Source of the DNA: Azolla caroliniana
Lineage: Eukaryota > Plantae > Polypodiophyta
Length of the DNA: 64,000 nucleotides
Direction: 5' to 3'
Assembly (NCBI GenBank): GCA_043228905.1
Contig: JBHGNT010000013.1
Location: forward strand, 6,758,001 to 6,822,000
Shown: in pieces, positions 47,990-60,055 of the stretch
How the letters are laid out: the number at the start of each line of letters is the position of its first letter
Numbering within the stretch: position 1 is the first letter of the stretch
The notes under the pieces: generated by a model
What the model was told of the DNA's origin: nothing
What the model saw: only the letters and a program-made list of their open reading frames with translations
The model's database searches: none
Made by a program: the position numbers and the translations under genes

Positions 47990-48019
<30 letters not shown>
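47971..48019 (-). other. About 49-nt polypurine (A-rich) tract between pol and the extra ORF
   Basis: Pure T/C run on the + strand. Confidence 0.85.
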
Positions 48020-48021
<2 letters not shown>

Positions 48022-48036
48022 TGATGGTATGTGATC

Positions 48037-51000
48037 TTACACATCCGTAGGTCCCTTCGGACCCTTACCGTTTTCCTTACGGGTTGCCGTGTCTTCCTTC
48101 GCCTCTGCTACGGGTTCCCCGTCGTCTTTTTCTTCCATTCGTACCGTTCCCGGACAGGTTCCCGGTATAGTGCCGGTGGGCTGCATAAACGGGTTACTTG
48201 GCATCGGTCCTTTATAGGGCTTTAGTCTAAATCCGTTGACCCACTTGCCTAGCACTTCACCGGCAAGTGTCCCTAACTGATAGGACCCGTTGTATTCCCG
48301 TGTCAGCCAATACGGGCCTGTCCATCTAAACCGGAGTTTACCCGGCATCTTGCCCATCCTCGTTTGGAATACTAGCACCGGCTTTCCGATTTCGAACATC
48401 TTCTCATTACCTTTCCGGTGACGGTCAACGAACGCTTTCCGTCGTCGTTGCTCCAGTTCCATGTGTAGGATGCTGGCCAGCCGTTGCTCCTCCAGTTCGC
48501 ATAGTGCTGCTAGCCGCATTTCCTCCGACTCCTTTTCATTCAGCCGTTCCCGTAGTTGGATTCGTAAGCTTGGTACCTGAAATTCCACCGGCATGACCGC
48601 CTCTAAGCCGAACGCTAACCGGAACGGCGTTGTTCGGATACTTGTTTTGTATGCCGTTCGGTACGCCCATAGCGCGCTATGGAGCTTTGTATCCCAGTCC
48701 GTCCGGTTTTCATTGACGATTTTGCGGAGAATGTTCTGGAGCGTTTTGTTGGTTGACTCTGCTAACCCGTTTGCTTGTGGGTAGTATGGTGTGCTCCGTT
48801 TATGGACCACGGCATAGAACGTTGTTAAGCTTTCAACTACCTGGCCGAGGAAGTGCCCTCCTTGGTCGCTGATTAATTCAATTAGACATCCATATCGGCA
48901 CCAAATGTTCTCGTACAGGAATTTTGCTGTGCATGACGCGGTGTTGTCTCTCAAGGCCTTAGCCTCCACCCATTTAGTGCAATAATCTGTTGCCACGATG
49001 ACATAACGATTACCCGTTCTCATTGCCGGTGGCTTGAACGGTTCGACAAAATCCAACCCCCACTTTTGGAATGGCTCTAGTGGAAGTACCGGTTGGTGTG
49101 GCATCCGTGCTTGCTCCATAGGCTGGCCCATTCATTGGCATAGGTCACATTCCTTAGCATACTTGACGGCGTCTTTTAACGTCGTGGGCCACCATAAGCC
49201 GCTCTGCCATACTTTCCTTGCCGTCGCTTCCCCGGCATAGTGTCCTCCGGCAACCCCACAGTGTGCTTCCCGTAAGATTACTTGTTTCTCGTCACTACGG
49301 ACTGCCCGTCTCCATATTCCATCTGCTCCCTTGTGGTAGAGAGTGTCTCGTAACAGACAGAAATTGCGGCTCTGCACCGCCAGTCGTTTCCTCTCGTCCC
49401 GGTTCATTTCCTCCGGTGGCAGGCCCGTGCTTAGGAACTGGTGCATGTTTGTCAGCCACCTATCTTCTGATGCCACCGTGTCGTCCGCTGCCGTTTCCGG
49501 GGTGATACGGAATAACTCTGCGTCCGGGAATTCATCCGATACTCCGTCGCCTGATTCTCCGGACTCTAACCGGCTCAGGTAGTCTGCTACGGCATGCTGG
49601 ATTCCGGGCCGGTGGAAGATCTCGAATTCGAACTCCTGCAACAGCAAGGTCCAACGGGCCAACTTACCGGTCAGGGACGCCTTGGACACTAAGTACAGGA
49701 GCGCCGAGTGATCCACATGAAAGGAGAACTTCCTTCCCAATAGGTAATGACGAAACTTTGTGACACTGTAGATCATGCCCAGGGCCTCCCGTTCCGTAGT
49801 CGAATAGTTCTTCTCCGCTTGGGACAGCTTCCGGCTGGCGTAATATACCGGCCGGTACCATTTGGGCTCCGTAAGTTGCATTAAGGTGCTGCCGATAGCG
49901 ATGTCGGAAGCGTCAACGAACACATGAAATTCCTTGCTCCAATCCGGAGGCTGCACGACGGGTGCTTGCGACAAAAGTACCTTCAGGGCATTGTATGCCT
50001 TATCCTCCGTATCCGTCCATTGGAACGGTGTCCGATGTACCGCGGTGTGTAATGGTGTAGCCAAGTCAGCCAAGTGATGGAGCATCCGGCTGTGCCACCG
50101 GATCTGTCCTAAGAATCGGCTTAGTGCTTTGGCCGTTTTCGGCGCCGGTGCCCCTAGTATCGCGTTTACTTTGTCCGGGTCGACCGCAATGCCCTCCTTA
50201 CTTACAATGTGTCCCAGTAAGATTCCACTTGAAACCCCAAAGATGCATTTTGCTGGGTTTAAGCTTAGCCGGTATAACCTACACTTTTCAAGGCATAACC
50301 GTAGGTGCTGCAAATGGTCTTTTTCCCGGCTATAGACTGCAAAGTCATCCAGGAAAACCTGCATGAAGGCTGGAATGTATTCGCCGAAGATCTCCATGAT
50401 GATTCGCTGGAAAGTTGCTGGTGCCGTTTTTAGTCCGAACATCATTACTACGGCCACAAACACTCCCCATTCGGTTACGAACGCGGTCTTCTCCTGGTCG
50501 TCAGGGTGCATCCGGATTTGATTGTATCCGCTGAACCCGTCTAAAAAGCTATAAACTTCATGGCCGGCGACGGCATCCAGTACTCCATCCGTGAACGGAA
50601 GAGGGAATGCATCCGTAATTGTGGCTGCATTTAGTTTCCTGTAATCTACACACACGTGGATTTTACCGTTCTTCTTTGGGACGACGACGACGGGGCTCAG
50701 CCACGTCGCTTTCTTTACCGGCCGGATGAAGCCCACTCTTAGGAGTTTGTCGATTTCCTCCTTCACTTTGGCGGCCTAGTTGGGGTTCATTTGGTAATGT
50801 CTTTGCGCCACTGGTTTCGCGTCCTTGCCTAAGTGGATCTGATGCTGATATAATTGAGGGTCCAGCCCTCGCATGTCTTCGTATGACCAGGCGAATACGT
50901 CGCGAAACTCCGTGAGAAGTTTGATCATCGCCGCTTTATCTTCCGGCTTCATTTCTTTGGCGATGTGTACCGGCTTTGATTCGTCCTTGCTTCCTAGGTT

Positions 51001-53883
51001 CACTTCGTCGAGCTGGGATGTTTTTACCCGTTGGGAAACAGCCATTTCCCGTTCCAACGCTTCCTGTGCTTGCCGTATTTCCCGAATCGAATCTTTGTCT
51101 GGTTCGGCTTCGGTTTCGTCCCGCTGCGGCAAGTATGGCGCTACGGCTTCAGCCACGTCAATCTCGAAAAGTGGTACGATCTTCGGGTTTTCCTCCAAGT
51201 ACTGGGCTTCTTCGTCGTCTGCCAACCCTTCAAGCATGTTCACGCATTCCGCATACAACGGTGTGCATTCCTTACCGTTGCTCGTCCGTGGTTGTGTCGG
51301 TACCCGGACCTTGGCTTTTCCGCGCCGGAAGGTAATCATATTTTTCCGCCAATTTTGCTTGATGTGTGCTGTTTTCAACCATGGTCTGCCCAGCAACAGT
51401 GGGTACGCGCCTTGCGCCTGTAGCTGCAGCACTACAGCCGAGATGTGAAATGTGTGACCTCCTATGGTGACTTCCAATTTCCGTATTAAGCCCGTCGGCC
51501 GTACAGAGCTCGTATCCGCCATCCGTAGCCAGAACGGACATGGCTCCCATTCATGTATACCCAAGGCATCACACGTGCGGAGGCTTATTACGTTCACCCC
51601 GGAACCTCCATCGATTACTGTGCCGGGAAGTTCGTGCCCTTTGACAATAGCTGTAATCACCGGACTACTAGTGTCCACCACCGTCGGTCCCTCCTCCGGA
51701 TTCGAGAAGAGGACTGGTGCCGGTGGGGCTATACCGTCTGTCATGACCGTTTTTAGTCCTTCCGTAAATCGCGGCACGAGCTGCAAGAGTCTTCCTAATG
51801 GCAACGTGATCTGACATTCTTGCAGTGCTTGCCATGTCTCGTTTTCTGCGTGGCTACCGCCGGCACTCCCTATGGTATTCGCCTTTTGCCGTTCCGCGTC
51901 CGCGACGTTCCTTTCATTGGCTTCCTTCACCCATTCCGTCGCCTGTTTTCGTATGGCCTCTTGTGTTTCCCACTCTTTGGCCATGCCTTTCGACCGTGTG
52001 GTTACTTGCTGTACATCCGCCACTTCCGGAACCACCATATTAACTGCTGGTCGTTTATCGTAGCTCTTTGCCGGGCACTGGTTACTGTAGTGGCCTTCCT
52101 GCCTGCAGTAGTAGCAGTACTCTTTACGGGTATTGCTGGATTCAACATTGCTGGTAGCCGGAGTCGGTCCCGTAGTGAGTGGTGCGCTCTGTGCCGGTTG
52201 GCTCCTTGGGGTTCCATGTTCCGGGTCCCTAGGGTGACCACCTTTCTTGAAATTACGTTTCTTATTATTCTTATTTTTATTTCGGTAGTCCTGTCGTGGT
52301 GGATCGTAAAATCGGCCGTAGTCCTCCTGGTGCCTTCGGTAACCAGGGGAATGGTCTCTGTCGTATTGCTCGTGTCGTCTGTTGGATTCCCGATAACGGT
52401 CCGATCGCTCATACCGGTCGTAGTTATCATGCCGATCCCCGTACCGACCATCATTCTCTTGTCTGTCTCCGTACCGGACATCCTGTGCCGGTCGGTACCG
52501 GTTCATTCTTTGCCAACGATCTTCATCTTCGTCTCGGCTGCTTCTTGGCTCGATCCGTCGGACGGGTGGTGCTTGTCGGTTTAGCAGGTTATACTCGCAC
52601 CGGTCCGTTGTATGACTCTTGGATTGACAAATCACACACTGGGTTCGCATGGTGCACTCCACTGCCGAGTGTCCGGGATTCTAGCAGATTGTGCATTGAA
52701 TTGCCAGCCGGAACCGGAGATCTTCATCGGTGGGTAACGCCCGTTGCAGTGCTCCCAGTGTAAGCCATGAGCTTGACTTTTCCATTTCTCTGACCCGGTC
52801 AATGACCTGGTCAATGGTGCTTCCTCGAAAGTCGATCACCGTACACACCGTGCGTAACGGTTCCCGGAGTGCGTTTAAAAATATCGTCCGTAATTCCTCC
52901 TCCGGGGGTGCACGGGCAAGCTGGCTATGCATTCGTTGGAAACGGATGACGAATTGGGGAATGCTTTCCCCTGCCTCCTGTCGGATCGTATAAAACAGGC
53001 CCACCATCGTCGTCTGGTCGACCTCCTTGTGGAAAAAATGCAAGAATTTTGCTTTTAATTCTGCAAAGGTTGTGATGGTTGCCGGGTCCTGCGTCCGCCG
53101 CCATCGTGCCGCTGGTCCTTCCAACGTGACCCCGAATTCCGCTATCTTCGAGCATTCTTCTTCCTCCGGTGTCAATCGCTGGGACGCGTGATTTGCTTCC
53201 CATGTCTGCTCGAAGGCATGAACATGCGCTTCCGCGTCCGGATCATCGCGATACTTTGAGTATTGGAACGGCATGTCGTCGTCCAGTATTAGGCCGCGGT
53301 TTAGTGGCGTTTGTCGATATCTTTCCGGTTTTCTCTCCTGTTCCACTTCCGGTTCTTTTTCCGGTTCCTTCACCGGCTCTTCTTCCGGTTCCTTCACCGG
53401 CTCTTTCGTTGGTGTCGGTGGCTTTGCTTCTTCCACTTCCGGTGTTGGTGGGTTGACGGCTTCCGTTTGCGGTTCCGGATAGCCCTGGTCGAACGGTTCC
53501 GGTTCTGGAGTCGGCACGGTATCCGACCCGTCGTCCTCCGGGCCGCCGGGGGTATCGTTGCTGCTCCGGTAGTTCGTGTGCACGTTGTATCCCCCTTCGG
53601 AATCGGATTCGTAGGCTGAAAAGGCTTCTGCCTCGTTTTCTCCGCTTGCCAGCGCCTCGAGGAGGCGTTCGGTTTCCCGGAGACTACTTAGACCGCTTCC
53701 GTCGTCCTGGTCGCGAGTTTGCTGTAACCGAAGAGATTCCTCCGCGACTCTCCGGATCTCGTTGGAGAACGAACGATCCGAGCGAATTTCGTGCGCTGCT
53801 TGCTGGAAAGTCTCACGCCGTCTTTGCCGTTCGGCGAGGCGTCGAGCTCGGTCTGTAACCAGGTCATGCGTTGGTCTAGTCAT
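48037..53883 (-). pseudogene. pol: Gypsy gag-pol in a single frame with three premature stops (52681, 50776, 49132)
   Basis: Retrotrans_gag (IRQEAGES), three CCHC knuckles, PR IDGGSGVN, RT CVDYRKLN..FLDDF, RH VDASD..YSTTERE, INT HCGVAGGH..CDLCQ, WGLDF, SDQGGHF, GPY. Confidence 0.94.
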
Positions 53884-56459
53884 CCATTAAGTCGTCGTTC
53901 CCTACGAGAAAGCAGGAATCGTGGTCGCCAAAACTGTGTTGTTCTCTTACCGGACAAGGCCTAACACAAGGTGTCATGGAGACACTTCACCAAAGGGTGA
54001 TTACGGCATAGGATTATGACTCAACGATTACACCGACTTAAGTAGGTTACACGATTAGAGCGCTTTTGTTAATTACACGCGTAAGATATAACAGTAATTA
54101 CAGAACGGAAATCAACACAGAAGTATAAACACCATACGCTCTATTAATTATCCGCTGCGATTACAATGGGGTCCGGGCCTTTAAATAGGTTTCCGGCCCG
54201 TAGTACAAAACGGTGCCTATCGCACCTATTCGGGATCCGCCCGGATCTGGAACGGCATACCGTTTCCAGTCCGTCCGTCCATACTATGCTTATTTACAAC
54301 CATACTTAATTAATTCCTTCACTCCGTATTTTGGACTCCTTGCCGGCCGGTAACACAACATACTTCGGTTGTGTTGTTCTTCATCTTCATTCCCACTTGG
54401 CCTTTCTATCCATAATTGATCTTTTTCTTCAATTTTACCTTTCAATTTGTTTGTACTTTCTTTTGTATCACTTCTTTTTTCTTCAATTTCCTAGACCAAG
54501 GACTTACTTCCTTCGTTGATGTTGAGGAACTAGAAATTGACGGTCCACTCAACTCTATACTTTCTTGTGTTTTTTCATGTCTTTGTTGTATTTGACTTTC
54601 TTCAAACTCTTCTAACTATAATGTTTTAGACTCTACATACCAAGATGAAAGCTCATAAAACACAACATCCCTACTTTTAATTCTCTTGTGGAAGGATTAT
54701 AACATCAATACCCTTTCTGCTTAGGTGAGTATCCAACAAACACACACTTTTTTGACTTAGCATCTAATTTTGTTCTCAACTCTTGAGGAACACGTACATA
54801 GCATACACAACCAAATATTTTCAAATGAGCCAAGTTAGGCTTCTTATTTGACCAAATCTCTTCTGGTGTAACACTATGTATACCGTAGTATGAACAACAT
54901 CAGCCCAAAACGAATGAGGCATACACTTTTCATTAAGCATTGACCTTGCAACTTTGACAATGGTCCTATTCTTTTCTCTCAACAACGCCATTTTGTTGAG
55001 GCGTGTATCTACATGTATATTTCCTTTTTATTCCACAATCATATAAAAAATTTGAAAATTCATGACAGAAATATTCTCCCCCTCCATTTGACCTTAATAT
55101 TTTTATCTTAGCATTTGCTTCATTCTCTACTTGATTCTTAAATATCTTAAAATAATAAAAAACACCTAACTTATTTTTCATAAAATACACCCAAACCTTT
55201 CTTGAATAATCATCAATAAAGGTCACATATACTTGCTTCCTCCATGTGATACTTCTTTTGATGAACCCCAAACATCAGTATGTATTAGTTGTAACACATG
55301 AGAGCTCATGAATATTTCTTTCTTAAAGGGCAACGTTGCTTGTTTTCCAAATTGACAAGCTTCACATACATAATACATCTCTTTATTCTTAAATGAGGCA
55401 AACCAAACACTTATTCATTCAACTACATACTTTTTAACTTTTGTAAATTCACATGACCAATCCTCTTATGCCATAAATCAATTTCAACAATCTTTTCATT
55501 TCTGTATGCAAAGCATGTTTTGTCATCTTTCTTAATATCCATAGTAAACATCATTCCATCTTTTTTTCCTTTAGCAATCACCCTATATCCTTTCTTAGGA
55601 TCTTCTATAAAACACCCTTTATAATTAAATTTTACTTGTAATCCTTTCTCCACCATTTGTCTTGCAAAAATCAAATTCTTTGTGATCGTGGGTCCATGCA
55701 ACACATTAGTCAACTGATTTGTAGTACCACACGCATCTTGTAATGATATTTGCCCAACCAATTCAATACTATGCCTAGAATCATCCCCAGTTTGTACATA
55801 ACCAACACATTTGGAGCATGCAAATTCTCAAACACTTATTGTATGACATATGGTTACTACATCCATTGTCTATATACCAAATATGATCAATATTTTTATT
55901 GTTATTACTCGACACATGATTCATAACAAGCAAATTTTTTGAATTGTCTCGACTTTTAGATGTAGAAGCATAATTATTGTTACCTTGATTTCTATGGTAA
56001 CATTGATGCGCATAATGACCTTGTCTTCCGCACACATAACACATGACACTACCTTTCCTAGCTCCATATCTACCTCTTTGAGTATTTGTACTTCCACCTA
56101 TTCTTCCTCAACTATTCTCGTTACTTTGATTTTGTTGACTTTGTTCTTGAAACTGTGGTCGAAAACTCCTTCCTCTTCTACGACTTCGATTGTATCTGCC
56201 TCTTCCTCTGTTTCCTACATAGAACACTTGAGACTGATTTAAACTAGGGGTTGAACCTTGCAAGTTCATTTCCTCTGTTACCATTAGAGCAACCAACTGA
56301 TCAAAATCAGGCATACTATCTCTAACATATATTGATGTAATGAATGATTTCTATTTATCATCTTCCCTTAAACCATTTAAACAGAATGTAACTTTATCAT
56401 CATTATCTACCGGACTTCCAATTGATGCTAACATATCTATCAAATCCTTGATTTTCAAG

Positions 56460-59400
56460 CATGGTTGTACCATACGTAGCATACCGTACACGTACAATAC
56501 GTATGCTACATATTTTATAAATATTCGAAAAATAATTTATAAGTTCTTCGAATACATATTTACGGGTAAAACACGTTGAATACGTTGAGTAAGTTGAGTA
56601 CATTGAGTACGTTTTGAATACGTTGAATACATCAAATACTTGAAAACCACTGATGTTGAATGCAAAGATACTTGTAATTTAAATATTATATAGTAAATAC
56701 CAATTATCTTTATTGCCCATGGATAAATGGTTATCTTTGTTTCAATACATTATACACGTGATATGCATATTTTAAATGAAAGCGGACACTGGAGATTTGA
56801 GAACACAATTGAAGTTTGAACCAAAACACATATCATTTGAACCCTCAAATAATGGAAAATGAATAGAGTTATTAAAAAACTATTAGAATTTAAAAATTTC
56901 TTCAAAGTTCATACTCATAGTCATAGATTGACCCATGCGTGAAATTCGTAGTATTCGACATCCGTAATATTCGTAAAATTCAAGAATACAAAATGACCCC
57001 AAGAATAAATTACACAACCATTCGTTTATTTATTTATTATTTAAAAAAATAAATTTTACATCTACTATATAAGAATATTAGTTTAACGATTATATTTCTT
57101 CTTCTAAATCATCATTACAAGATTCCGTTGTTGTATTATCATAGTTGTCCACATAATCACTATCGGAAGATGAGTATCAATATTGGTTGTTGATGGAGGC
57201 ATTTCAGGAGTCTTGTCAATGTCTATCTCATCTGGATTTACCTAAAACAAATAATATTTTGGTATCATAATAATGATTCATAATATTTAAACCACAACCA
57301 ATTAACAAGGCTTGTTAATTAACCGACAAAATTCAAATGGTTTTCTAAACATCAAATGTCAAACATGAATAAGAAAGATGTAGACCTGCATTGGAAGGCC
57401 CGCATGAGTTTGAAAGCTTCGAATAACCCTTAAGTTTTCACTAACATATACTAAATCTCTCCACTTGTTTCACCTTCAAACGATTAATCCTTTTTGTATG
57501 TGCTAATGCATGTGCATTCCAATTTCTTTCAACAACTCCAGAAGAGCAATCCTATGACACAAAGTATTAAGCAAACAATACATGTCATTGTATTATGTAG
57601 AAGATTAATAAATTTGAAACATTAATAAAAAATGAAATATAATACCTGAGACAATACTCTACAAGCTAATGATTGTAGTAAGGGCACATTGTCCCCATAT
57701 CTTTCTCACCATGAGACAGGTTTACATTTTTTGTGTGATTTTGATATTTCATTGCTAGTTCATTGCTAAATCTATCGACACCATTCCTATACATGTCAAA
57801 TTGATCTTCAAGGTTTCACATTCATGTATAGAATATACCTTTTGAATATATGCAAGCCATCCATCTGTCATGTCTTCATTCATAACTATTGGTTGCTCTT
57901 TGGGCTTCCATAAAGGATGCAAAATATGTGCAACAATATGAATTGGCTTTTTGAACCACGACCAACGACAATCAAAACATTCCAAAACCTCTTTATATCT
58001 GCATTAACATTTGAATTTGAACCAAAAGTCGAAATCAGTTACCAAAATGTGCATAACGTAGTTGATATCAATGATTCAAAGAAATGAAAAAGATGCAATA
58101 AACAAGAAATGTACATACTAAGTCCATAGAAACATATTACCTGTCCTTGTTTAATGTGTCCTCTTTCGCTCGTTGTTTAAATTTGTCTCTAGCCCTCCTC
58201 ATGAACTCATAAAGTAAGCCCATTGTAGATCCTTCACGATCATTTAGCCGCAAACCAAAAAACAGTGGGCGCATAATCGAAATTACAATCATAATTGAAG
58301 GAAATGTAGAGTTATCTTGCACAATGGACTTCACCTTGACCGCATCCGGCTTTTTGGAGTCACTCCAATCCTCCCAATAGTTACTAACCACAATTTGTTC
58401 AAGGGGTCTCCAAACTCTTGCCAGCCTCTCAAGGACAATAAGAATGTAGCCAAATCGAGTGGCACTTGGCCTAAGTAGCACAAGAGATGAATAGTTCCTG
58501 AAAATTTTTCGTGCATTCCTTTTCTTGGTGAATAGTCTAACCACACAATTTCATCTCTTGCGCACTTGACGAACCCAACTCAACTTCCCAATATCCTCTA
58601 GCAATAAATCTAAACAATGTGATGTACAAGGAGTCCATACAAGGTTTGGGAATTCAGTCTCTAGAATGTGACCCATCCTAACACAATTAGATGCGTTATC
58701 CGTGACAATTTGCAACACATTTTCTACTTTTACTTCCTTTATCGCAATTGATAGCATTTCAGCTAACCATGGACCATCAACCCTTGTAGAAACACCCCTA
58801 CAATCAATAGTTTTAAGGTACGTTGTGCCATAACAACATGAGACCAAAATATTCAGAAGTGCTCGCTTGCTAGTGTCAATCCATCCATCTGAAAGTATGG
58901 TAACTCCATATTTTGGCCAAAGGGCTTTCACATTTTCCACTTTGTGTTGCACATTCAAATGCTCTTTCTTTAAATATTTAACTCTTAAATCATTGTAGAT
59001 AATACCACTATACTTTTCCCCAATATCAGAGAAAGCTAACAACATGTTCCTCCAACATGACATTTTCAAAAGATTAAAAGATAGATTACCTTCCACGATG
59101 CATCTAACCAACATTGTGTTTGCATGTTCTTTCTTGATCAACATAGCGACGCTTGATCCTCTCCTTATCGTGCTTTGAGTGAGACTTTTTCTTGTTCAAC
59201 CTTCTGTATCTTCAATATCAATAGGAATTTGGTCTATTGAATCCTTCTTAGATGTGGCACATATGCTATGCATTGAAGGTTGTGATTGGAACATTGAATC
59301 AACCATTGAATCCACCATGCCTTCTTGAAGCTCAATTTGTTTTTCCATGGCTTCTACTTCTTTAATGCATTTTAGCTTCTTGTGAGTCAATTCACTTTCT

Positions 59401-59603
59401 TGTGCTACTGCTATAGCATCGTGATATGGCTCTAGAGTTGCTTGCACCTTTAATTCTAGCAAGGTGAGCAACTAAACGTGTTAGTGTCCCAGACCCATGA
59501 AAACCTCATAATTTGCAATCCCAATAATAGTTCCCAGATGACTTCCCAGCTTGTTTGTTCAAACCATATTTATCCCATAAGGGGGGTTCCTTGTGTGGCA
59601 TAG
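56460..59603 (-). mobile_element. hAT DNA transposon (BED + DUF659 + dimerisation type), one end visible
   Basis: Terminus CATGGTTGTAC at 56460 with TACG(T) subterminal repeats; the other end is lost beyond the LTR insertion at 59604. Confidence 0.8.
57090..59601 (-). pseudogene. hAT transposase, introns 57999-58140, 57552-57645, 57242-57385
   Basis: BED finger (WDCKL*..RLVAHL), ILSDGW, QIVTDNASNC, WTPCTSHCLDL, RPSATRF, RVLSQ/DCSSGVVERNW; GT-AG borders; stops and frameshifts. Confidence 0.88.
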
Positions 59604-59620
59604 TGTCATGATATGGCAAA

Positions 59621-59673
59621 ACTCGAACCCATGACCTTATGCTACATGGGTCGAGCTCTTAACCATTAGATTA
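59621..59673 (-). promoter_or_regulatory. tRNA-type Pol III A-box/B-box in U3 of element A LTR (antisense to the element)
   Basis: TAATCTAATGG(TTAAGA)...AGGTCATGGGTTCGAGT with 45-nt spacing. Confidence 0.6.
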
Positions 59674-59899
59674 TACATTATAATACATAAAATATTATTT
59701 TCATTTATGTTTTATTATAGAAAATTGATGTATATTCCAGAATTCTCTAGAACATTCTAGAAACTTAAGGAGTATTCCTTAGAACACTATAAAAGGAGGC
59801 ACACGACATTATTTCAAACCAAATCGGTTCAACGCCAGTCTTAAGCCTCCTAGCTACTATACATTTTCTTCACATAATATATATCTTTTCTTATCATCA

Positions 59900-59938
<39 letters not shown>

Positions 59939-60041
59939 CCTCTCACTCACTCTTTCCTTCTCTCGAGAATTCTTCACCTCTCTTAGTACTAATACTTCTT
60001 TTAGTACCAATTCCTTCTCTGTCTTAGTATTGTTCCTGACA

Positions 60042-60055
60042 GTTTGAACCGATTT
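60042..60055 (+). other. Putative self-priming PBS
   Basis: TTGAACCGATTT (60044-60055) is the reverse complement of AAATCGGTTCAA (59821-59832), 33 nt downstream of the TATA box. Confidence 0.8.

Larger units (their letters stand above)
44506..54355 (-). mobile_element. Young non-chromovirus Ty3/Gypsy LTR retrotransposon with an extra 3' ORF
   Basis: 419-bp LTRs 44506-44924 and 53937-54355 (about 6 differences by eye), TSD CAACA, PBS-like TGGCGACCAC, gag-PR-RT-RH-INT order, no chromodomain and no additional RNase H seen. Confidence 0.96.
42474..56459 (-). mobile_element. Old AT-rich Copia-V, split by the Gypsy element and cut in gag by the hAT element
   Basis: 3' LTR about 42474-42868, PPT CTTGAGGGGGAG, RT/RH fragments 42900-44446, INT/PR/gag fragments 54361-56459 (FIDDYSRKVW, WYIDNGCSNH, CYVCGRQGH). 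Confidence 0.88.

Noticed and set aside
52663-52683. Programmed stop read-through in gag (also 50776, 49132)
   Set aside because: Stops fall inside conserved motifs (zinc knuckle, NPNY, CQR with CGA to TGA), consistent with point mutations
50873-52763. Long antisense ORFs over Gypsy and Copia pol
   Set aside because: Shadow frames of GC-rich coding sequence with no recognisable motifs
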